Of a stretch of 64,000 nt of DNA, positions 18,640 to 26,765 are shown one piece after another. The position numbers were made by a program, and so were the translations under genes. The notes below the pieces were generated by a model, which saw nothing but the letters and a program-made list of their open reading frames with translations, was not told the DNA's origin and searched no databases. Each line of letters starts with the position of its first letter. The stretch's first letter is position 1. Source of the DNA: an uncultured Candidatus Saccharibacteria bacterium (GTDB taxonomy: Bacteria; Patescibacteriota; Saccharimonadia; Saccharimonadales; CAZVRA01); the NCBI GenBank assembly GCA_964630055.1, contig CAZVRA010000002.1:143021-207020 (forward strand). Direction: 5' to 3'.

Positions 18640-19767
18640 TTATATAATAATTTTGTCGAGTATGGCAGTAACGTCGCTTGCCTGGACGACGCGCGGATTG
18701 TTTTTTAAGCGTTCGGCGCCAACCGACCGAGCAATCAGCTGTTTGGCTTGCTGTTTGTGCCGAACTTTTATGTTTGGGCGCAGGCCAATCGCGCTGGCTA
18801 TAGATTCAATTTTTTGACTAGCCTCCGTCCCATCGGACGCACCAAGCATTTGCGCGATTTCTTGAACACGCTTTTTTACCAGCCCAGCGCCTCGCGGGTC
18901 TTGGCAGGTTGCCGTACTTATAGCCGCGTTAAAAAGCATAAAAAATGGCAGCGTTAAGCCAACGGCTTCCCCGTGGTCAATGCCGTAGTGAGCCGTAAAA
19001 CCATAGGATAGCGCATGTGGCCCAGTTGTTTGCGCAATCTGGATTGATCGACCTGCCAAATTTGCGCCTTCGAGCATGGCCTTTCTTGTTTCGACCGTCG
19101 GGGCATCAACAGCTTGCTTAATGTTAGGGATTAATTTTTGCAGCGCGCCGCGACTATAACGGCGCGACTGGTCGGTGGATTTTATTGACCAATAAGCCTC
19201 AATGGCTTGGGCTATAGCATCCATGCCAGCCGAAGCGGTAACCTGCCTGGGCAGGCTGTATGTTAAAGCCGGGTCCAGCACAACAAACTTAGCAAGCGCC
19301 AAAGGGTGCGACAAAGAATACTTGCGCTTATCTATATAAATAGCCGAGAAATGGGTCGACTCTGCACCGCTGCCCGCCGTGGTTGGTACGGCAATAAATA
19401 TAGCTATCGGGGCTTTAGTTGCAGAATTATTTTTAATTATTTGTTCGATTTCGCCATCTTGCGGCGACAGCGGCGACAAAATTAAGGCGGCCTTGGCCGT
19501 ATCAATTGAGCTACCACCGCCAATAGCGATAATAGTATCGGCCTGATGATTGCGGCACAAGCGCACGATCTTTTTAATGTCCGCCAGTTTGGGGTTTGGC
19601 CTAGCTTTAAAGTGAGCGACGCGGTAGTTTTTCGGCAGTAGCTGCAGCAGCTCGGCGATGCCTGGCTGCTGGTACGAATGCTCCCCCGTTACAAACAAAA
19701 TATTTTTAGCGCCGCTACTTTTAAGAACGCCATCTATTTTTTTAATGTTGTTAAGGAATTGCTGCAT
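18640..19767 (-). CDS. iron-containing (group III) alcohol dehydrogenase superfamily protein, atypical metal motif
   Basis: GGGSSIDTAKA, VPTTAGSGAE, GMDAIAQAIEAY (Gln where the canonical motif has His), GPHALSY...HYGIDHGEAVG. Confidence 0.8.
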   Translation of the reverse strand: MQQFLNNIKKIDGVLKSSGAKNILFVTGEHSYQQPGIAELLQLLPKNYRVAHFKARPNPKLADIKKIVRLCRNHQADTIIAIGGGSSIDTAKAALILSPLSPQDGEIEQIIKNNSATKAPIAIFIAVPTTAGSGAESTHFSAIYIDKRKYSLSHPLALAKFVVLDPALTYSLPRQVTASAGMDAIAQAIEAYWSIKSTDQSRRYSRGALQKLIPNIKQAVDAPTVETRKAMLEGANLAGRSIQIAQTTGPHALSYGFTAHYGIDHGEAVGLTLPFFMLFNAAISTATCQDPRGAGLVKKRVQEIAQMLGASDGTEASQKIESIASAIGLRPNIKVRHKQQAKQLIARSVGAERLKNNPRVVQASDVTAILDKIII

Positions 19768-19805
19768 AAATATATTGTTATAATTCTGCTGATCAGAGAC
19801 TGGCC

Positions 19806-20273
19806 TTAGGCCTTAGTATTTTTAGTATCATCCAGCCTTTGACTCAACTTGCGCTGCAACAAAGTGCTAGAAATTCCGCTGGTGTAATCGGGCTCTACCA
19901 ATTGTCCGTCCCATCGAGCCAGGGTGTCAATAACCTGTTGCCGCGTTTGCTTTTGAATACCGTGCTGCCAATCGGTGCCATGCACAACATAATTTGGTTT
20001 TAATTTAATTAAATTTGGCCGATAGTCCAAAGTCTCTTGGGCAACAACTTTTGTCACTCCTTTTATGTTACTTACAATTTCTAGCCGATGCCGGTAGTTA
20101 ATTAACGGCGTGCGCTTATAGCTGGCAATTGCCTGGTCGGTCAGTAGCCCAACAATAACATCACCCAATTTTTGGCCCTGTTTTATTATGTTAATATGGC
20201 CCGGATGCACGATGTCGGCACACATCGCAATGTAGACTGTTTTTTTATTTGTCAGTTTACTGGGCATAGGCAT
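19806..20273 (-). CDS. cytidylyltransferase-family protein (TagD/ECT-like, HxGH)
   Basis: VYIAMCADIVHPGHINII nucleotidyltransferase motif, YVVHGTDW, SGISST(L). 1-nt overlap (TAATG) with the upstream Nudix gene. Confidence 0.8.
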   Translation of the reverse strand: MPMPSKLTNKKTVYIAMCADIVHPGHINIIKQGQKLGDVIVGLLTDQAIASYKRTPLINYRHRLEIVSNIKGVTKVVAQETLDYRPNLIKLKPNYVVHGTDWQHGIQKQTRQQVIDTLARWDGQLVEPDYTSGISSTLLQRKLSQRLDDTKNTKA

Positions 20274-20680
20274 TACGATGTGGCATGTTTGATAGTGTCG
20301 TGGACCATGTGCATGTAGGTGTCTTTGGCGCTTTTGGCTTTTTGGAGGAATTCACAGCGATCTACCCACGCGTAAGACGAGTGTTCCTGACTTAATGCGA
20401 TTTTAGGATAGGATTTAAGGTTGGCGATAAAAAGAACATAATGCGTATTGTCTGCCGAATATTCTGCCCCCGAATATATCTCGCGCGTATCATGGGCGTC
20501 AATAACCACTCCGGACTCCTCTCGAACTTTGCGTAGCATTGTCTGCAGTGGCATCTCTGCACCTTCCGACGAGCCGCCCGGTATATCCGGATCGTCGCCA
20601 AACTTAGGGTGTTTGTTTCGGTGCATTATAAGAAATTTGCCGTCAGGGTTAATCATTACCAGTTTTGCAGCTTTTTTCAT
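20273..20680 (-). CDS. Nudix hydrolase
   Basis: Nudix box GSSEGAEMPLQTMLRKVREESGV (Gx5Ex7R[E/K]UxEExGU). Confidence 0.8.
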   Translation of the reverse strand: MKKAAKLVMINPDGKFLIMHRNKHPKFGDDPDIPGGSSEGAEMPLQTMLRKVREESGVVIDAHDTREIYSGAEYSADNTHYVLFIANLKSYPKIALSQEHSSYAWVDRCEFLQKAKSAKDTYMHMVHDTIKHATS

Positions 20681-20738
20681 TACTTTTAGTATAGCAAGTT
20701 CGGACGGTTATGGCGCTTCTTGAGTGCCGCAAGCGCCG

Positions 20739-21490
20739 CTAGCTAAATTCCAGCATTAGCGGCAAATGGTCCGAGACCACATCTGGCAGCACCTCAAATT
20801 TTTTGACCGGCAAATCTTTGGAAACAATGGCGTAGTCGGCGAACTTATTGGGCCATTTGTACAAGTGGCTGCGGGTTGAGGTTATGCCGTTTTCGGCAAT
20901 AAGGTTGCGCATGTCTACCTCTAAAATTGCCATGCTTTGAGTGTGCGGCTCCAGATTAAAATCGCCAATTAGAATTACTTTGCCACTGGCTTTTGTTGCT
21001 ATAAAGTCCCGTATTTTTTCGGATTGTTCGATTCTGTCTGGTGTGTCGTTTTTGCCTTTGCCATTCCAAAGTCCGTGAAAGTTAACGACTGTATATTCCT
21101 GCCTGCCGGCCATTAGGCGAGCATATTGTATGTTGCGGCCAAGCGTGGAGCCGTCGTTATTTTTTAGAGCGTTTAAATGGCGGTGCACAAAAACGCTGCC
21201 CACATCGTTAATTTTAATATGCGGTTTTATGTTTATAAATAGCGCCAAGCCTTCGTCATGGTCCTGGGATGGTGCGTAAAAACCTTTGTGGTTTGGCAGC
21301 AGACCGGTCAGTGTTTTGTACAGATTGATGTCAATTTTGCCGCCATCAAGTGCAGCGACTCGCGGGTTATCGGCGTTGTCAAAAACCTCCTGAAAACAAA
21401 AAATGTCGGTCGTTCCGGCCTGCGCTTTTATAAACTCGTGCAGCTGTTTTTTACTATGTCACCACAAGTATTTAAGGATATTAGTTTCAT
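20739..21490 (-). pseudogene. endonuclease/exonuclease/phosphatase (EEP) family gene, split by a 1-nt frameshift in a homopolymer
   Basis: ATG at 21490 gives MKLISLNTCGDIV... then a stop. The neighbouring frame continues KKQLHEFIKAQAGTTDIFCFQEVFD... into ORF 20739..21248 (ends SDHLPLMLEF). One extra A in the A6 run (plus T6 at 21447-21452) restores the frame. Confidence 0.75.
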
Positions 21491-21712
21491 GGTTTTATTT
21501 TACTTGGTTGTTTTTGGGGAGTCTAGCAAAGGGGATGTCATTTATTTTACTTTGGTTTGTCCAAGCACACATTATTTAAGGTCAAACAGTATATTATACT
21601 CTAAATATGAACGCAAATCTTAGGTACATCAAGAAGAATGACAAAAAACTTGTTAAGAAACTTGCTAAAGAGTTGAAGCCTGCTCTTATTTCTCTTTCTG
21701 AAAAGTAGATGG

Positions 21713-24682
21713 TTATCTACCCTCAACTATTGCTATTTCTTCCTCTGTAAGACCGTATAGTTCGTACACTAGCTGATCAATCATTTTGTCTGTCTGCTGT
21801 ATCTCTTTGTCTATAGATTGCAGTTCGCTACGATACTTATCAAAGAGTTGCAATAGCTCATCTTTTTGTTGCAAAGTTAAATTAACTTTCAAAAGATTAG
21901 TAAACTCGATGTAGTCAAGAGACCACCATTGAAGTAATTTTGTTGGTAGTTTATCAATATTAAACTCACTTTGTAAAAGCTTTTGGAAATTATAATTCTT
22001 AGTCTTTAGGCGGGCTAATTTATCCCTAAATTGGTCATGCAGAGCCGCAAACTTATTACTTTGAATGGAATTAGGCGTAACTATAGGTAATTGTTCTAAC
22101 GTGGATTTGTTAATTGCCAAATAGCCGCCTGCAAGATGTTTATCGGCAAACTCTTTTAGTAAGTAATGCGTCATAAACCTGCTATTTAGAATGGCAGTTA
22201 GTGCCTTAGGATTTTGTCCCGCATAGTCGTATATAGCATATACGCCAACCCCTAGAGCAAGAGGTTTTGGTGCATAGACTGCTTCGATTCTTTTGGTCAT
22301 TCCTGCAATAACGATTTTTTCGTTGTTCCAAAATCTGTATTTTGATTCTGATACTTCTTGGCGGTAACTATAAATATATGGATGTGAATACCTTGATTTC
22401 ATGTAAGGGACAAGGGTCGTGTCAATTGTGTATGGATCTATACTCCCGCTAACCGCAAAAGGTATGCCATCATTATTCTCGTTTAGTAGTGGTTTTATTT
22501 TCTGCGCTTCAAAGCCGGTTGTGCCAGAATTAATTTTAATACCAACACTAGCTAAACTTTCGAATCTTTTTAAAGGATTGTCTTTTGCTTGATACTCTTC
22601 AACACTATTTAAATGTTCTGGATTAGTGATGTCATAGCGGATTGAACCAGATTCTTTGCGATTAAGACTGCCAATAACTATTATCGGGTATACTCCGACA
22701 CCGTTAAAAACGGATAATTTTGATACATTAACTACCATTTTCAGTGATTTATTTTCAAGTGTTCTTAAAACTTTTTTGGCGTAGTCGGCTATCAGCAACT
22801 TGTTAGGTATGATCCAACCGTATCGACCGGTTTGTTTTAGTAAATCGTGTGCTTTAAGCAAGAATGCAGCATAGAGGTCGTAGGATCCTTGCAATGCTTT
22901 ATACTTTTCATTAAGATATTTTCTATCAATTATATCCATATTGCGAGCGTTCACATAAGGCGGATTACCTACCACTACATCAAAGCCTCCGTCTTTAAAA
23001 ATGTCGGGAAATTCTTTGTGCCAGCCAAAGGCTTTGTTGCCCGCAACCGAAGGGTCATCGATTAGGCTGTTGCCGCATTTGATATTTGCGTCGAGGGCGG
23101 TTAATTTTTTGCCCTTTTGGGCGGTTTTGAGCCACAAAGATAATTTGGTAATTTCTACTGACTCCTCGTTGAGGTCGACCCCATAAATATTGTTACGCAA
23201 TATGTCCTTAACATATGCTTCGGAGCTAAATAAATCGTTGCCAAGAATCTCGCCCACCCGTTTGTTTTCGGCCAGCAAATAGTCAAAAACGTACACCAAA
23301 AAGGCGCCGCTACCGCAAGCAGGGTCTACCACCTTTATATTTTGCAAAAAGGTTTGGTAGTGTCGGTATGCCTGCTTTTCGCGCTTTTCGTATGTTTTGT
23401 CTTGTATGCCTTCGTGCAGCTTAAATTCATCTTTGAGCTGCTCTTCGCGTTCGCGCAAATAAGCGCCAAGCGAATTATCGACAATGTAGCGCACAATGTA
23501 GTCTGGCGTGTAAAATATGCCATCTTTTTTGCGTCTACTTATTGCCAGCGTCTCTAAATTGTTTGTTTGGTTAACTTTTTGCTTAATTTCTTCGATATCA
23601 CTGATTGACTGCTCAAATATGTGACCTAAAATGTTTACGCTCAGATCTTCTGCAAAGTTGTAGTTACTAAGCTCTAGTACTGAACGCAACGGTGCTTCGT
23701 TTACTTTAAGGTTATTAAGTACTTCGTCGTGGGCAAACAGTCCGCCGTTATAACCTTCGGGGATTTCGAGCTTGTCGCTGCCAGCATCGATGGCCTCAAA
23801 AAATCCTTTTAGTGTATTCCATAAGCTGCCGCCAAAGACCGAACTGTCGGCCGCCCGCACAACTTTGGCAAGCGTGTTGTCGGGGAGTAGACCCCTGTCT
23901 TCGGCAAAGCAAGCAAAAACAATCCGGTCAATTACTTTTTGAGCTTTTTCGACGCCGACATCAATGTTTTTTCGTATGTGAGCATTGTTGGCGTAAATAT
24001 CGCGCAGTAGTTCCAACCGCACCTGCTTATAAACTTTGTAAAACTTTTTACCAATTTCCTCTTGATCTATACGTATGTCGGTAAGGAGCTGCTCTGTTTT
24101 GCTGGGGCCTGTTTGGCTAATAAAATTTTGCCGCTTCAGCAGCGAATACCACATTTTAAACTGAATATAATCGTCATTAGGGTCGACAAGATCATCGAGC
24201 GTCCATGCTTCGTAGTCGAGCAGGTTGTCGTGGTATAGGCGGAATTCGTAAAAGTTACTAACAATTACAAACGGACAATTACGGTACTGCGTTTTGTACT
24301 TGAAGCCCTGCTGCACGGGGCTCATATTGCCTTCGCGTCGTTGCGGGCGATCGAGCGGCGTGCTTGCACTTTTGAGCTCTATAACAGCCGACACATTTTT
24401 GCCGTTATAGCTTATGACCGCGTCCGGCAACTGCCCTTTTTGGGTGGTAGCTTTTGGCTCAAAACAATAAACTGTTGCCGGTTTTTCGCGGTAGCCTAAA
24501 ATGTTTAAGAAAAAATCACGGTTGTATTGCTGCTCACGAGACGTTTCTTTATCGAATTTTAGAGTACCGTGGTGGTAGTCGTTGTGCCACTTTTTGGCAA
24601 TTTCGATGAAGCTTGCGATTTGGTCGTCGCTAACTTTGCTTGCAATTTCTCTTAGTCTGTTTTTTCCAAATAAGCTTGCCAT
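21713..24682 (-). CDS. Type IIG (Eco57I/MmeI-like) single-chain restriction endonuclease / N6-adenine DNA methyltransferase
   Basis: 989 aa. N-terminal PD-ExK (PDAVISY...VIELKS). Methyltransferase motif I VVDPACGSGAFLV and motif IV VVGNPPYV. C-terminal specificity region ending LVYELYGLTEEEIAIVEG. Confidence 0.85.
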   Translation of the reverse strand: MASLFGKNRLREIASKVSDDQIASFIEIAKKWHNDYHHGTLKFDKETSREQQYNRDFFLNILGYREKPATVYCFEPKATTQKGQLPDAVISYNGKNVSAVIELKSASTPLDRPQRREGNMSPVQQGFKYKTQYRNCPFVIVSNFYEFRLYHDNLLDYEAWTLDDLVDPNDDYIQFKMWYSLLKRQNFISQTGPSKTEQLLTDIRIDQEEIGKKFYKVYKQVRLELLRDIYANNAHIRKNIDVGVEKAQKVIDRIVFACFAEDRGLLPDNTLAKVVRAADSSVFGGSLWNTLKGFFEAIDAGSDKLEIPEGYNGGLFAHDEVLNNLKVNEAPLRSVLELSNYNFAEDLSVNILGHIFEQSISDIEEIKQKVNQTNNLETLAISRRKKDGIFYTPDYIVRYIVDNSLGAYLREREEQLKDEFKLHEGIQDKTYEKREKQAYRHYQTFLQNIKVVDPACGSGAFLVYVFDYLLAENKRVGEILGNDLFSSEAYVKDILRNNIYGVDLNEESVEITKLSLWLKTAQKGKKLTALDANIKCGNSLIDDPSVAGNKAFGWHKEFPDIFKDGGFDVVVGNPPYVNARNMDIIDRKYLNEKYKALQGSYDLYAAFLLKAHDLLKQTGRYGWIIPNKLLIADYAKKVLRTLENKSLKMVVNVSKLSVFNGVGVYPIIVIGSLNRKESGSIRYDITNPEHLNSVEEYQAKDNPLKRFESLASVGIKINSGTTGFEAQKIKPLLNENNDGIPFAVSGSIDPYTIDTTLVPYMKSRYSHPYIYSYRQEVSESKYRFWNNEKIVIAGMTKRIEAVYAPKPLALGVGVYAIYDYAGQNPKALTAILNSRFMTHYLLKEFADKHLAGGYLAINKSTLEQLPIVTPNSIQSNKFAALHDQFRDKLARLKTKNYNFQKLLQSEFNIDKLPTKLLQWWSLDYIEFTNLLKVNLTLQQKDELLQLFDKYRSELQSIDKEIQQTDKMIDQLVYELYGLTEEEIAIVEGR

Positions 24683-24741
24683 CTTGTATTTATCTTACAA
24701 TAAAAACAGGCACAAAGCACATGTGGAATGTGGTTTAGTAT

Positions 24742-25206
24742 CTATTTAATAAATAAATACCATTTAAAAGTGCGTTTTTTCTTTTTAATTTTTTTACCTG
24801 TTTTTGGATCTATTTCGTACTGATCATCATCATGATTGTGTTCGCTGTGCAGTTCATCGCCGTGGCTGTGTTTATTATCTGCCTTATGGCTGTCCATAAA
24901 ACCAGAAATTGCTTCACTGCCCAGCATAGATTGACTTAGCGAATGATCGTGATTGCATATCATTTCCATTTGGGCTGCCATCTGTCTAAAGTCAACAAAG
25001 TCATTATAAACTGGGCTAACGCTCTCGCTTACAATAACTTCCATACGGCGTACCTTTTCTTCTAGAGCCAGCTCGGAATCACTTACTACGCTCGAAATAG
25101 CTTCCAAGAAAGCAGCGTTTATATCAAATTCTGCGATTGTGCCAAATTTTTCTATATCAAAACTGGGAAATTCTTGATATAGCGGCATTTTCTCTAATGA
25201 ATTCAT
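24742..25206 (-). CDS. hypothetical acidic protein with His-rich and Lys-rich C-terminus
   Basis: 154 aa. ATGA overlap with the upstream ORF. ...HKADNKHSHGDELHSEHNHDDD...KKIKKKKRTFKWYLFIK. No family recognised. Confidence 0.6.
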   Translation of the reverse strand: MNSLEKMPLYQEFPSFDIEKFGTIAEFDINAAFLEAISSVVSDSELALEEKVRRMEVIVSESVSPVYNDFVDFRQMAAQMEMICNHDHSLSQSMLGSEAISGFMDSHKADNKHSHGDELHSEHNHDDDQYEIDPKTGKKIKKKKRTFKWYLFIK

Positions 25207-26048
25207 GAAATCAATCTTTTTAAGTTGTCAATTGCTTGTGGGCTACTTTTTCTAAGTGCTTCAAAGCCCAATCCCTGGATGACTACTAAGGCACCGTCTT
25301 TTGTCGCTGTTTCTGGTAGTCCATTATGCTCGGCCCTCATGCTTTCGTGCCATAAAATCATTGCTTGACCATTTTCAACCTGCTGCCTTTTTATTGTTAG
25401 TGTTGTTTGGGGCACTTCTGTGCCAAAAAGGCGTCTATTGACCTCGGATGTAACCGAATTGTTAGTTTGCTTACGCCACAAATGGTTAATATGCTGACCA
25501 GATTTCCATGCTCTTTGCACATTAGCATCATTGCCGGCAGCTAGTAGAGTTGCGAAATGTTCAGCCTCGATGCTGTCACTGCCTTTTCTGCCATGCTCGC
25601 CAATGCCTTTGGTTTCCGACTGGCCGGCGGCCGATAAAACCATAGATACGCCATAACGAACTTGCTGTCTGTAGGGCTGCTTTAATACATGCAAACGTAA
25701 ACCATCGGTTTTTATGCCATCTTCACTGACTACCGCAGGATAGAATGAGGATGTCCCCTGATCTATTAATGCTGATGGAACAAGCACCATATAGCCTGGC
25801 AGCACTGTAGTTGCCTCGGTGTAGCTATTAGCATTAAATTTACTTAATGGTACATACAAGCCATCTAGCTTAGGGTGCGGTATTGAAGTTAATAAAGCTT
25901 CCGCGCGATCTTTAACTGCTTCAACCTGTTCCGCAACTTGGCGGCTTGCAAAATCACCATCAATTCTTGAGTTGCGCTCTGTTGCTAAAAAGGCGTTTGT
26001 ATTAGAGATGGCATCTTCAACTCTTGATTGGGTAATAATTTCTGACAT
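25203..26048 (-). CDS. hypothetical protein
   Basis: 281-aa ORF. TTGCAA-N18-TATGAT promoter-like sequence upstream. No motif or family recognised. Confidence 0.65.
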   Translation of the reverse strand: MSEIITQSRVEDAISNTNAFLATERNSRIDGDFASRQVAEQVEAVKDRAEALLTSIPHPKLDGLYVPLSKFNANSYTEATTVLPGYMVLVPSALIDQGTSSFYPAVVSEDGIKTDGLRLHVLKQPYRQQVRYGVSMVLSAAGQSETKGIGEHGRKGSDSIEAEHFATLLAAGNDANVQRAWKSGQHINHLWRKQTNNSVTSEVNRRLFGTEVPQTTLTIKRQQVENGQAMILWHESMRAEHNGLPETATKDGALVVIQGLGFEALRKSSPQAIDNLKRLIS

Positions 26049-26176
26049 ACCACCAGCTTAGTCAATCATACTAATTTTTGCAATTTTGTTGCAATTATAC
26101 TTATTAATGCAACATTTCATACGGAGCGAACTAGTAACCGGCTAGCCAGACCCGTTTAGAAAATTCGGAAAGTTAC

Positions 26177-26704
26177 TTACGATGCTGATTTATCTGTTGG
26201 GTAGGTAATGTTGGTGCCGCTAACTACGGCGAATGGCGTGAGTTTGTGTGGCTTAGCACTGGTTTTGCTCATGATGTCTAGCACCGTGACGCCACGCACA
26301 AGCAAAGCGTCGCCTACTAGTGAGCGGTGGCAGCGCCAGGGCACAGCTTCGGCACACATAATGCTAACTTGCTGCTTCTTGGCCAGTTGTATTAGTCCGT
26401 CCAAAGCGGCCGCGAACTCGGGCGTTTGCATGTAGTCGGCGTAGTTGCGGAACGATTGGTTGTGCAAGCCGGCATTGACGGAATCTTTGACTTTTGGTCG
26501 CAGACCGCCGAGGTTTTTCATATATGTATAGTCAATGCCGCTTTTGGGCAGCGATTTTTGTAGCGCCGTTTGTTCGAACTGAGGGTTATGGCGCGAACGC
26601 AGCACGGTGCGGATGTCGACCAGCTGCTGCACACCATTGGCCTGCAAAAGCTCCACAAACTCCTCAATAGGGTGCGTCGAATGCCCAATAGTATAAATGG
26701 TCAT
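26177..26704 (-). CDS. DUF488 family protein
   Basis: IYTIGHSTHPIEEFVELL...VDIRT...SRHNPQF...CAEAVPWRCHRSLV, characteristic of DUF488. Internal ATG (MTIYTIGHS) preferred. Confidence 0.8.
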   Translation of the reverse strand: MTIYTIGHSTHPIEEFVELLQANGVQQLVDIRTVLRSRHNPQFEQTALQKSLPKSGIDYTYMKNLGGLRPKVKDSVNAGLHNQSFRNYADYMQTPEFAAALDGLIQLAKKQQVSIMCAEAVPWRCHRSLVGDALLVRGVTVLDIMSKTSAKPHKLTPFAVVSGTNITYPTDKSAS

Positions 26705-26765
26705 AGTTATAGTATACCTCTTCATATCTCTTCGCAGGATTGTCTGCCCGGCGCAACGCCTAGAT

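Noticed and set aside
21258-21623. 121-aa plus-strand ORF between the EEP gene and the R-M gene.
   Set aside because: It is antisense to the N-terminal part of the frameshifted EEP gene (MKLISLNT... on the minus strand), which explains the open frame. It has no motifs.
21607-21708. 33-codon plus-strand ORF (MNANLRYIKKNDKKLVKKLAKELKPALISLSEK) just before the end of the R-M gene.
   Set aside because: It is too short and Lys-rich, has no SD, and lies in AT-rich DNA where such ORFs arise by chance. It cannot be supported as a gene, although it could be a fragment of lost island cargo.
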